DNA of 64,000 nt from NCBI GenBank assembly GCA_021848065.1, contig JAJZNA010000016.1, positions 49,044-113,043 on the forward strand, read 5' to 3'. Origin of the DNA: Candidatus Micrarchaeota archaeon. GTDB taxonomy: Archaea; Micrarchaeota; Micrarchaeia; Micrarchaeales; CABMGC01. Every line of letters starts with the position of its first letter. The first letter of the stretch is position 1. The notes beneath the pieces were generated by a model. It saw only the letters and a list, made by a program, of their open reading frames with translations. It searched no databases and was not told the origin of the DNA. Shown here piece by piece: positions 55,477 to 64,000 of this stretch. Position numbers and translations under genes: made by a program.

Positions 55477-55604
55477 TACCCGGCCTCCTACTCGAATTTA
55501 TTGAAATTGTGGACCTCCAAGGTTTTTGGTTTGGATTGTTATGCTTTGAATGCAATGCCATAGGCTGATAGGTGGCATGGGGTTATTCTCATTTTAATAA
55601 ACAC

Positions 55605-55880
55605 TCATTCGAGCCTCTTTATGATGTGATAACCAAACTGGGTCTTCACCAGGCCAGACACTTCCCCTTTCTGAAGGGCGAAGGCAGCATCCTCGAAAGG
55701 CTTGACCATGACCCCTTTCCTGAAAAAGCCAAGGTCACCTCCCCTCCTTCTTGAACCGTCCATTGAGTACTGCTCCGCGAGCTTTGAGAACGCCTCGCCC
55801 TTCTTTATCTTCTCCAGTATCTCTTTTGCAAGCGACTCCTTTTCTACAAGTATGTGCGCACATCTGATTTCGTTTGACAT
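55605..55880 (-). CDS. Parvulin-type peptidyl-prolyl cis-trans isomerase
   Basis: IRCAHILV...[37 protein letters not shown] is the PpiC/parvulin signature. 91 aa. Confidence 0.85.
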   Translation of the reverse strand: MSNEIRCAHILVEKESLAKEILEKIKKGEAFSKLAEQYSMDGSRRRGGDLGFFRKGVMVKPFEDAAFALQKGEVSGLVKTQFGYHIIKRLE

Positions 55881-55890
55881 AGTTTCACCA

Positions 55891-56652
55891 TTATTCCCTC
55901 CATCTTGACTTCTTTATAGCCACATACCCTATTACCACGCTTATTATTATGAGCACAAGCCAGTTTGTTGCCAATTCTGCCTGCGTGAGCGGGAGGAAGC
56001 CTATGGCATTCTGCGCTATCTCAGCTGCGTACGTTGCAGGTGAGAGATAGGCTATAATCCTGAACTGCATTGGTATGTAGGTTATGGGATAATACACTGG
56101 CGGAAGTGCCGAGAGTATTGTGGAGATTATCCCGGTGTAGGCCCAGCTCTCCATTATGTCTGTTGTGAATGTGGATATGAAGAAACCGAGGCACGTTGAG
56201 AATGAGAACATCGCCAGGAACACTGCAATGAGGGTGACATAGCCCAGTATGCTGGTATGGACGTAAAGCGCCGCAAGCGCGCCCAATACCGCTATCGCAG
56301 GTATGGCATATACCAGCTCTGATACGGCCATGCCGAAGAGGTACATGCCTGCGCTAAGTGGTGAGCTGACCACCATGTCCTGGACCCTGAAGTCATTCTT
56401 CAGGTGTGCAAGGTCTGTCTGCAGGCTCATGCCGCTGTATGTCATGACCATGATCATGCCGCCGGTTATGGCCACAGGAAGAAGCGCCCCGTTGCTCACG
56501 AAAAAGGTGACTATGAGTATGGAGAATGGGGACAGGAACATGCTGACCATCATGGCAGGGTAGTTACCCAGCGCATAGACCGAATTGGCCAGTATTGATG
56601 CCGTGAATTGGCTAAGCCCACTCCTCTTCATCGTAATTACCCTCTTCTTCAA
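55891..56652 (-). CDS. ABC-2 type transporter permease
   Basis: 253-aa 6-TM ORF directly downstream of, and overlapping, the ABC ATPase gene. Confidence 0.7.
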   Translation of the reverse strand: MKKRVITMKRSGLSQFTASILANSVYALGNYPAMMVSMFLSPFSILIVTFFVSNGALLPVAITGGMIMVMTYSGMSLQTDLAHLKNDFRVQDMVVSSPLSAGMYLFGMAVSELVYAIPAIAVLGALAALYVHTSILGYVTLIAVFLAMFSFSTCLGFFISTFTTDIMESWAYTGIISTILSALPPVYYPITYIPMQFRIIAYLSPATYAAEIAQNAIGFLPLTQAELATNWLVLIIISVVIGYVAIKKSRWRE

Positions 56653-57574
56653 CAGGCTTCCTTACTATGTGGTAGAATATGTCATCAAGCGATATCGGAT
56701 TCATGGAGAATTTCACGCCCTTGCCCACCAGCTTCCTTGCTATTTCCTTAGCTTCCCTTTCGGTTGTGAGTATCTGCGAATGCCCATCTACCCCAATTAT
56801 CATCTCGCCATTCTTCGGTTTTTGCACCTTGTGCTGGGAGAGCACGGTTATGCTGTAAGGATACTTCACCATCTTGCGCAGGTCATCAAGAGTGCCTTGC
56901 GCCATTATCTTTCCATTTTCCAGTATTGCTATGCGGTCCGCCAGCTTCTCAGCCTCTTCAAGATAGTGGGTTGTAAGGAATATGAAATGGTCCTTCTTAA
57001 GCTCTGCGAGCTTTTCCCAGAGCTCGTTCCTGGACAGCGGATCCAGACCTGTGGTAGGCTCGTCAAGGAATATTATCTTGGCTTCGGATGAGATCACGGT
57101 GGCGACAAGCACCTTCCTCTTCGTGCCCCCTGAAAGTTTCCTGCTAGCAGTGTCCATGTACCCGCCGATACCAAGCCTCTTCAGGCTGTCCACAGCCCTT
57201 TTGGCGGCCTCCTTGAAGCTATAGCCCCGCCATAGGAGATAGGCATATACGAACTGCTTTGGGGTTGTCCAGTTTATCGCCCTGGCCTCCTGTGGCACAC
57301 ATGCTATTATCTCCCTGAGCTTCTCTGGCTCCTTGACTACATCTATCCCGTTTATATGCGCAGACCCTGAAGTTGGGGACAGCTGCGTGGCAAGTATCCT
57401 TACCAGGGTGGTCTTCCCTGCGCCATTTCGCCCAATAAGCGCGAATATCCCATTGGATGAAGGCACGGTAAGGCTTACGCGGTTTAGCGCGAACTTGCCT
57501 TTTTCGTATCTTTTTGTGAGGTTTGTCACTACGAGCCGGTCCATCTTCGCATCCTTTCCGTTATAGTGGGGCAC
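56612..57574 (-). CDS. ABC transporter ATP-binding protein
   Basis: Walker A GRNGAGKTT, signature LSGGTKRKV, Walker B IIFLDEPTTGLD. MDRLVV (57544) is an alternative start. Confidence 0.9.
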   Translation of the reverse strand: MPHYNGKDAKMDRLVVTNLTKRYEKGKFALNRVSLTVPSSNGIFALIGRNGAGKTTLVRILATQLSPTSGSAHINGIDVVKEPEKLREIIACVPQEARAINWTTPKQFVYAYLLWRGYSFKEAAKRAVDSLKRLGIGGYMDTASRKLSGGTKRKVLVATVISSEAKIIFLDEPTTGLDPLSRNELWEKLAELKKDHFIFLTTHYLEEAEKLADRIAILENGKIMAQGTLDDLRKMVKYPYSITVLSQHKVQKPKNGEMIIGVDGHSQILTTEREAKEIARKLVGKGVKFSMNPISLDDIFYHIVRKPVEEEGNYDEEEWA

Positions 57575-57606
57575 ATTAAGATTATATACATTGCAGTGGC
57601 GAATAA

Positions 57607-59967
57607 ATGCTTATGAAGGACAAATTAGACCACAAGGAGCTTGAGGAGCGTATTGCCAAGTTCTGGGAGGATAACGATGTGTACAAATTCGATGATGCTT
57701 CGGCAAAGCAGGTATACTCAATAGACACGCCTCCGCCAACCATATCTGGGTTGATACACCTTGGCCATGCCTTCTCATACTCGCAGGCAGACTTCGTCGC
57801 CCGCTATAAGCGCATGCGCGGCTTCAACGTGTTCTATCCCTTCGGATTCGATAATGACGGCATACCCACAGAGCTGTTCGTGGAAAAACTGCATAATACC
57901 ACCGCAGAGAGGGAAGGCCGTGAGAAGTTCGTGAACCTTGTCAAGGGAGAGACGGAGAATTTTGAAAAGATGTACAGGACGGTGTGGAGGGGCATTGGGA
58001 TATCTGTAGACTGGTCGCTTCTTTACAGCACCATAGGCTCGGACTCACAGAAGATAACCCAGCTCTCGTTCCTGAAGCTCTACGAGATGGGCAGGGAGTA
58101 CCGCAAGGAGCTGCCAACCATCTGGTGCCCCAAGGAGGGCACTGCGCTATCGCAGATGGAGCTTAAGGACATGATGCTAAAATCGAAGTTCGTAAACATA
58201 AAGTTTGCAGAAGACGTGATAGTGGCTACGACACGGCCGGAGATGCTTCCTGCATGTGTAGCAATATTCGTGAACCCTGAAGATGAAAGGTATGCGGGCA
58301 TAGTGGGCAAGGCTGTGAAGGTACCGATATTCGGCCAGGAGGTCAAGGTTATAGCTGACAGGCGCGTCGACCCCCAGAAGGGCACCGGAGTGGTCATGTG
58401 CTGCACGTTCGGAGACCTGACAGACATAGAGTGGTACAAGGCATACGGCCTGGAACTGCGAATAGTAATGGACAAGAACGGGCGCATGCTTCCAGAATAT
58501 TTCAAGGGTGCAAAGATAAAGGCTGCCAGGGAGCAGATCATAGCAGACCTTAGGACCCGCAGGCTGATACTTGCAGAGAAGGATATAGAGCATTCGGTCA
58601 ACGTTCACGAAAGGTGCAATACCGAGATAGAGTTCCTTGTGAAGAAACAGTGGTTCATAAGGTACCTCGACATGAAAGAGGAACTTCTTGAACTGGGAAG
58701 GAAACTGAACTGGAACCCCAGCCACATGCTGGTGAGGTACGAGAACTGGGTGAAGGGGCTGCAATGGGACTGGTCCATATCGAGGCAGAGATTCTATGGC
58801 ATACCTTTCCCAGTATGGTACTGCGCCAAGTGCGATGAGCCGATATTCGCGGATGAGAAGGACCTACCGGTGAATCCGCTTACAGACAAGCCCAAATCAG
58901 ACTGCCCTAAATGCGGCAGCAGCGAGTACGTGCCTGAAGAGGACGTGTTTGACACATGGGCGACATCTTCACTGACCCCATTGATAAATGCGAGGTGGGG
59001 GCTTGACAATAAATACATGGATAAGATATATCCGATGTCCCTCAGGCCCCAGGCACACGACATAATCTCATTCTGGCTCTTCACTACGGTGGTAAAGTCC
59101 TATCTGCACACCAAGCAATTGCCTTGGAAAGACGTGCTGATATCCGGACATGGGCTTGACTCCAAGGGCATGCCCATGCACAAGTCTGCGGGCAACATCA
59201 TAGAGCCCAAGACAGTTATAGAAAAGTACGGGGCCGACTCGCTGAGGCACTGGGCGAGCCTGTCCAGGCTGGGTGACGATGCGTCATTCCAGGAGAAGGA
59301 CGTGATGACAGGATCCAAACTGGTAAACAAGATGTGGAACGTTGCAAAGTTTGTGAAGATGAATGGGGGGAAGTACGAAGACACACCCGCCAACCCCGTA
59401 GACAGATGGATACTTGCAAAGGCCATGGGGACTGTGAAGAACGCTACGGAGATGTTTGACGCGTACAACTACGCTGGCGCAAAGAGGCTTATAGACGAAT
59501 TCTTCTGGTTCTTCTGCGACAATTACCTTGAGTTCATAAAGTACAGGATATATGGCGGAGATTCCACTGCAAAAGGAACGCTCTCCAAGGTCTTCAAGGC
59601 AATAATAAAGATGTATGCACCGTTCATGCCATACGTAACTGAGGAGATTTATCAGGAGCTATTCGCTTCTGATGAAGGCGTCAAGTCGGTGCACCTCTCG
59701 CAATGGCCTGCTTACGAGAAAGAGCTTGATGACAGGTCTGCAATGGCTGATGGGGATGTGCTCTGCAGCGTGATAGTCGCTGTTAGGCAATGGAAACACG
59801 CAAACAAGCTTGCGCTCAACTCCGAAATAAAGGAGGTTTCGCTTAGCAGGCCCATCGCCGGCCTAGATGACCTGAAAGGGGCCATGAGCATAGGCAGCGT
59901 CAAGACAGGCGGAGAAGGGGACATAGAAGTGCCTGGAACAGACGTGAAAATATCCGTAAGCGCATGA
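57607..59967 (+). CDS. valS: Valyl-tRNA synthetase
   Basis: 786-aa class I synthetase. PPPTISGLIHLGHAFSY is the HIGH region, and PMHKSAGN is a KMSKS variant. The editing-domain pattern TTRPEMLPACVA is ValRS-like. The size argues against IleRS. Confidence 0.85.
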   Translation: MLMKDKLDHKELEERIAKFWEDNDVYKFDDASAKQVYSIDTPPPTISGLIHLGHAFSYSQADFVARYKRMRGFNVFYPFGFDNDGIPTELFVEKLHNTTAEREGREKFVNLVKGETENFEKMYRTVWRGIGISVDWSLLYSTIGSDSQKITQLSFLKLYEMGREYRKELPTIWCPKEGTALSQMELKDMMLKSKFVNIKFAEDVIVATTRPEMLPACVAIFVNPEDERYAGIVGKAVKVPIFGQEVKVIADRRVDPQKGTGVVMCCTFGDLTDIEWYKAYGLELRIVMDKNGRMLPEYFKGAKIKAAREQIIADLRTRRLILAEKDIEHSVNVHERCNTEIEFLVKKQWFIRYLDMKEELLELGRKLNWNPSHMLVRYENWVKGLQWDWSISRQRFYGIPFPVWYCAKCDEPIFADEKDLPVNPLTDKPKSDCPKCGSSEYVPEEDVFDTWATSSLTPLINARWGLDNKYMDKIYPMSLRPQAHDIISFWLFTTVVKSYLHTKQLPWKDVLISGHGLDSKGMPMHKSAGNIIEPKTVIEKYGADSLRHWASLSRLGDDASFQEKDVMTGSKLVNKMWNVAKFVKMNGGKYEDTPANPVDRWILAKAMGTVKNATEMFDAYNYAGAKRLIDEFFWFFCDNYLEFIKYRIYGGDSTAKGTLSKVFKAIIKMYAPFMPYVTEEIYQELFASDEGVKSVHLSQWPAYEKELDDRSAMADGDVLCSVIVAVRQWKHANKLALNSEIKEVSLSRPIAGLDDLKGAMSIGSVKTGGEGDIEVPGTDVKISVSA

Positions 59968-59975
59968 CTTGCCAG

Positions 59976-60875
59976 TCATGCCCGCTTTAGGGAAGCAACG
60001 GCCTCGCGCATCTGGAGACCTGACAACCCATCCGCACTTTTATACGCCACGAGCTCATGGTCGCCAACATTCCTTCCGTGACTGGGGACACCTGCAATGA
60101 GGTGTATGTGTGGGTGATCTTCAGTCTGAGACGTGCCAATGTTTAGCACTATGGTCCCTGTCTTCGGTGCCTTGCTGGATGCGACTGCCATAGAAAGGGC
60201 CTTGGGAACGAAACCGTATGCCACCTTATACATGCTGCGTGCAAGATCGTCCGGCATCAGCTCCCAGCGTTGGTGTTCCACAGTTATCACCAGGAGGTGA
60301 ATGCTTGACTCTGGAAACTTGTTCACTATGGCTGCAACCCCTTCCTGTTCCATTATTACCTGATCCCCATAAGAGACAGAGCCATCGCAGAAAGAGTCCC
60401 TGCGCTTTGTGCATAGTGCATTAATGTTGCAAGGTTGCGAAAGCTGGCCGCCTTGGGCTGGAAATGATGATAGCATCTCAACTGCATTTTCGTACGCTAC
60501 AGACACTTTGGACCCATCACTGTTCAGCCGCCTGGGCAGTACCGTGGATCTGAGATGTGCTTCACGGTCGCCCACCGCGACACTTATTTTGGCACCGCCA
60601 AGGCCGGATGTGTATGCTGAGAACAGGGCCATGCGCATGGACATTTCCATAAGGTCCACAAACGTATGCACATCAGCAATACCCTCTTGCGAATGCCTCC
60701 GGGATATTACCGAAAACCCGCCGAAGCCGGATTCTGAAGGCTTACGAAGAATACCAAGCCAGAAATCCTGGGTTGGAATTAGGGGCTTGCTGGCAACCAT
60801 TGCAGCCGCAGGCATAGTGCAGTAATTGCACGAGTCCTTTGCTTTGAGGGCATGAGAAAACGCCATTGTCGCCAC
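59976..60875 (-). CDS. Tandem HIT-fold protein (GalT-branch-like)
   Basis: The N-half has CNYC...FSVISRRH...EAHLRSTVLPRR, a degenerate triad. The C-half has FCDG...IHLLVITVEH...DHPHIHLIAG, an intact HxHxHxx. Confidence 0.5.
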   Translation of the reverse strand: MATMAFSHALKAKDSCNYCTMPAAAMVASKPLIPTQDFWLGILRKPSESGFGGFSVISRRHSQEGIADVHTFVDLMEMSMRMALFSAYTSGLGGAKISVAVGDREAHLRSTVLPRRLNSDGSKVSVAYENAVEMLSSFPAQGGQLSQPCNINALCTKRRDSFCDGSVSYGDQVIMEQEGVAAIVNKFPESSIHLLVITVEHQRWELMPDDLARSMYKVAYGFVPKALSMAVASSKAPKTGTIVLNIGTSQTEDHPHIHLIAGVPSHGRNVGDHELVAYKSADGLSGLQMREAVASLKRA

Positions 60876-61112
60876 AGGTTATCAGCACATGAGAGTGGGA
60901 CGCCTGCTATATAAGCATGCTGCATGGGTCCTCATTGCCAAGAGGCCTGTGGAACTATTGAGATTAAGACTGATTCAAAGTCGCTGTAATTAATACCTAA
61001 ATGCAGGCAGGCAATACGATTGACCGCCTAAGATAAACCTTAAATTTAGCAGGAATTGAAAAGGGTTGCATGTTTCTTAAATATTCCCGGATAATTCATA
61101 ACAGGTGTTATT

Positions 61113-61595
61113 GTGAGGAAGCACGTTATAGGGGTAATGGGCCCGAGAGATGCTACGGACGCGCAGGTTGATAGTGCATACGAACTTGGCAGGCTTATAG
61201 CCAGGAAGGGCTGGGTGGTCCTGAGCGGGGGCATAGCAAAAGGAGTCATGGATGCGGTAAACAGGGGCGCTAAGGAGGAGAAGGGTACAACAGTAGGAAT
61301 ACTGCCTGACAACGACACTTCCATGTGGTCAGAATATGTGGATATCCCCATAGTTACGAAGATGGATGAAGCCAGGAATTTCATAAACGCAATGTCAAGC
61401 GAGGTGCTCATAGCCATAGGCATGAGCACAGGCACCGCTACCGAAGTGGGGTTCGCCCTGAGAGCAGAGAAGCATGCAATACTCCTGGACAATGACAAGA
61501 ACACCGTAGATTTTTTCAGTAAACTCAGCGGAAAGGTGCATGTCGCCAGAGACGCAGAAGATGCAGTCAGGCAGGTTGAGGAACTGCTGAAATGA
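61113..61595 (+). CDS. LOG/TIGR00725-family Rossmann protein
   Basis: VIGVMGPRD..., VVLSGGIAKGVMDAVNRGA and LIAIGMSTGTATEVGFAL parallel the GGGxGxM and PGGxGTxxE motifs of LOG-like proteins. GTG start. Confidence 0.65.
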   Translation: MRKHVIGVMGPRDATDAQVDSAYELGRLIARKGWVVLSGGIAKGVMDAVNRGAKEEKGTTVGILPDNDTSMWSEYVDIPIVTKMDEARNFINAMSSEVLIAIGMSTGTATEVGFALRAEKHAILLDNDKNTVDFFSKLSGKVHVARDAEDAVRQVEELLK

Positions 61596-61600
61596 CGTGC

Positions 61601-62524
61601 TCATACAAGCACAGTATGCCTTCGTCTTGCAACTGCAGTTAGGTCTATTCCGTGGCTGGAAAGAAGGCCGATTAGTTCGCTCCTGTATTGTGAGCGCAGC
61701 TCCTCAAATCTTTTTGCATGCTTGCTTGGAATTAGGAAATTCGTTGGCGCAATATCCTTGAAGGCCCTGTTGCCATTTGTGCTAATTTCACTTCCCAGCA
61801 TTATTTTGCGCAATTCTGTGCCCATGATGGCCTTGTTGATTACGGTTATATCTGCATGTCTTCCACTGGGCCGGGATGCCAATACCCTTACCGCATCTTC
61901 AGATGCCATGCCTATCACGATATTGGCCACAGGTATTCCATTCTCGTATAGAAAATCCATTATGCTGCCTAGGGTCCGGCCAGTAAAGCACCCTATCTCA
62001 ACAAGAGTTACTCCTGATATGCTAGAATCCCTTTGCGACAGCTTTAATGATAGCACCCTTACCTGCTCTTTGGGAGACATTGCTTCCCCTACACGCGGCT
62101 TGAGAGTGCCACCCCCTGTGTCTGCATTTTTGGTAATATCTAGGGAATGCACAAATATTCCAGAAGCTTTGCCAAGAACCGGGTCCAAGGATACAGCTGG
62201 AGAGTTCTCCTGACTGCGGGCGGCCTCCTCAAGCAAGGACGTTACCACCTCGCGTATGGGACGAGCTTCTAGAGCAACGCTTTTTGGCAGCAGCGCACTG
62301 AAATCAGCCAGGAACCTGCGCTCGAGCGACTCAACCTGAATTTTCAGTGCAGGCGGTATTGCCACATGGTCTGCACTATAACGCATTATTGCAGCTTCCA
62401 GATCAGTCAGAATAAGATATGAGGCATGCCCGTGATAAGAGGTAGATGGGCTAAGCTCGGAACCACTAAGTCTCGATGCCATAGGATATGAGTGCTTAAT
62501 AGGTATATAAGGCTTTGCTGCCAT
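61601..62524 (-). CDS. Hypothetical protein with a phosphoribosyltransferase-like motif
   Basis: GVTLVEIGCFTGRTLGSI resembles the PRTase PRPP loop (hydrophobic-x-V-D-D-x-x-x-T-G-x-T), but with EI in place of DD. Otherwise unrecognised. Confidence 0.4.
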   Translation of the reverse strand: MAAKPYIPIKHSYPMASRLSGSELSPSTSYHGHASYLILTDLEAAIMRYSADHVAIPPALKIQVESLERRFLADFSALLPKSVALEARPIREVVTSLLEEAARSQENSPAVSLDPVLGKASGIFVHSLDITKNADTGGGTLKPRVGEAMSPKEQVRVLSLKLSQRDSSISGVTLVEIGCFTGRTLGSIMDFLYENGIPVANIVIGMASEDAVRVLASRPSGRHADITVINKAIMGTELRKIMLGSEISTNGNRAFKDIAPTNFLIPSKHAKRFEELRSQYRSELIGLLSSHGIDLTAVARRRHTVLV

Positions 62525-62710
62525 ACGGTATTTACGACGGATATTCTGCCGTGGGCAGATATGCGTACGTAGATGCGCTCATGCCCCTACAAGCCCAATA
62601 TGGCAGCATACGTTGCAAAGCAAACAATAATACTTATAAACGTTACCACTAGATATTATGTCTGTATCTCAAGAAGTCTAGTTCCTCTTGGATCAATTTG
62701 TAGTGTTTTA

Positions 62711-63175
62711 ATGGCGAGGATGCATACAGGAAAGCATGGGAAGTCAAAGTCAAGGAAGCCCGTAGTCGAGCAAGGCTCAAAGCCAGAAGGCCTCGAACTT
62801 AACGATTCAGATATCACGAAACTGGTTGTAGAATATGCAAAGAAGGGCATGCACCAGGCGCAGATAGGCCAGACGCTTAAGGAGAAGCACAACGTACCTT
62901 ACATCAAGCAGATATACGGCAAGAGGCTCAAGACGGTTCTCAGTGAGAGCGGATTCAAGAGCGAACTGCCACAGGACCTTCTTGATCTCCTGAAGAGGTC
63001 GGTAACCCTGCGCACGCATCTGGAAAAGAATCACAATGATGTTCATAACAGGACTGCACTTAGCAGAGTCGAGGCGAAGATATGGAGGCTGAGCAATTAC
63101 TACAGAAGGACACATGCACTGCCTTCTGACTGGAGCTACGATCCGGCAAAGGTCGCACTCCTCATAAAGAGCTGA
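62711..63175 (+). CDS. rps15: Ribosomal protein uS15 (S13e type)
   Basis: MARMHTGKHGKSKSRKP... and the C-terminal HLEKNHNDVHNRTALSRVEAKIWRLSNYY are uS15 signatures. The track ORF begins upstream at 62573. Confidence 0.9.
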   Translation: MARMHTGKHGKSKSRKPVVEQGSKPEGLELNDSDITKLVVEYAKKGMHQAQIGQTLKEKHNVPYIKQIYGKRLKTVLSESGFKSELPQDLLDLLKRSVTLRTHLEKNHNDVHNRTALSRVEAKIWRLSNYYRRTHALPSDWSYDPAKVALLIKS

Positions 63176-63179
63176 ATCT

Positions 63180-63740
63180 ATGGCACAAAAGTCAGGAGAA
63201 AAGTGGAAGAGCAAGCAATGGTTCAACGTTTATCCTCCAAAGCTCCTCGGGGAATCCGCAATAGGCGAGATACCTGCGGACGATGGGAAGAGCGTTGTAG
63301 GAAGAGTCATAAAGGTGAGCATGTCCTGGATCACACACAGGCCAGAACACTCGTTCATGGTAGTAGGGCTCAGGGTATCGAAAGTAAACGGCAATTCTGC
63401 AATAACCGAGCTTAACTTCATAGAGCAGACCTACAGCTACATACACTCGCTTGTAAGGAGGCATTCCAGCGCAATATACACGATAGACAAGCTTTCCGAT
63501 AAGGATGGCAGGAAGTTCGTGCTCAAGCTTCTCGCAGTAACAACCACCAAGATAAGGACGCCTAAGCAGATGGCGATAAGGAAGGCGATAGGGGAGCTGG
63601 CAAAGGAATATGCGGCATCCCACACGGTAGACGAAGTCCTTACCGCAATACTTGACAATACGTTCAAGGGAGAGGCTGTCAAGAGGGTCACTAACATTGC
63701 CCCTCTGAGCAAGTTCGAGCTTAAGAGGATCGAATTCTGA
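63180..63740 (+). CDS. rps3ae: Ribosomal protein eS1 (S3Ae)
   Basis: KWKSKQWFNVYPPKLLGESAIGEIPADD...VGRVIKVSMSWIT is the typical S3Ae N-terminus. 186 aa. Confidence 0.9.
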   Translation: MAQKSGEKWKSKQWFNVYPPKLLGESAIGEIPADDGKSVVGRVIKVSMSWITHRPEHSFMVVGLRVSKVNGNSAITELNFIEQTYSYIHSLVRRHSSAIYTIDKLSDKDGRKFVLKLLAVTTTKIRTPKQMAIRKAIGELAKEYAASHTVDEVLTAILDNTFKGEAVKRVTNIAPLSKFELKRIEF

Positions 63741-63843
63741 TGCTGGTGCAGGCACGCTCGTGCTTGCGCTGACATGGCATCTAAACGGAAGCGCCCGATG
63801 GGCGTATATAATCCCGCATACTTAGTTTTGGATAGCAGCAGGC

Positions 63844-64000
63844 TTATTGCGAATCCTTGCCTAGAAGAGGCTTTATGAACTCTTCGAGGGCCACTGCGTT
63901 GTTGTGCTCCATATCCTGGGAGGCGTAGAGGAGAGTAACATCATGGGTCTTTATTATGTGCACCAGCTCCACAAAGTGCTTGTTGCCATCCAGTTCTTTC
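63844..64000 (-). CDS. DUF488-like protein (C-terminal fragment; N-terminus beyond the right window edge)
   Basis: My reverse translation is ...KELDGNKHFVELVHIIKTHDVTLLYASQDMEHNNAVALEEFIKPLLGKDSQ*. The TLLYA..D.EHN.A..L pattern is DUF488-like. Confidence 0.5.
   Translation of the reverse strand, partial: KELDGNKHFVELVHIIKTHDVTLLYASQDMEHNNAVALEEFIKPLLGKDSQ

Overview
Archaeal chromosomal segment, about 90% coding, with GC in the high 40s by eye. The backbone is housekeeping and informational genes: ftsY-pfdA, the eIF6-eL31-eL39-PDCD5-like-eS19 cluster, rpoL, leuS, tRNA-Gln(CUG) and EF-1alpha-uS10. It continues with archaeal-type SAM synthetase, deoxyhypusine synthase, a eukaryote-type lower mevalonate trio (MVK, PMK, MDD), TFB, malic enzyme, aquaporin and a DGGGP-synthase-like UbiA prenyltransferase. 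Further along are an aspS-PF04008-nth-orf131-endoQ operon, Alba, valS and uS15-eS1. Interspersed are a glycan-modification cluster (GT2, radical SAM, carbamoyltransferase, GT4), two GT-C-like membrane glycosyltransferases, a secreted sequon-rich Lon-like (S16) protease, an ABC-2 exporter and a decayed rve-type IS. The least ordinary part is 36.9-43.5 kb. It is a run of uncharacterised minus-strand genes, one an atypical Bud32/RIO/Kdo-like kinase, interrupted by a 1.5-kb ORF-free AT-rich gap. Six copies of an AGAAATTC-centred palindrome sit there ~700-730 bp apart and bracket genes like cassette boundaries. The gap also holds an ORB-like dyad (ATTTCCATGGAAAT) with TTCCAT half-sites next to a very AT-rich tract. 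A second small orphan segment follows tRNA-Gln. I saw no rRNA, CRISPR array, or intact transposase or integrase. All protein calls rest on motif recognition by eye from the ORF translations; no database search was possible. Lineage guess, low confidence: a small-genome archaeon, DPANN/Micrarchaeota-like or Thermoplasmata-like.
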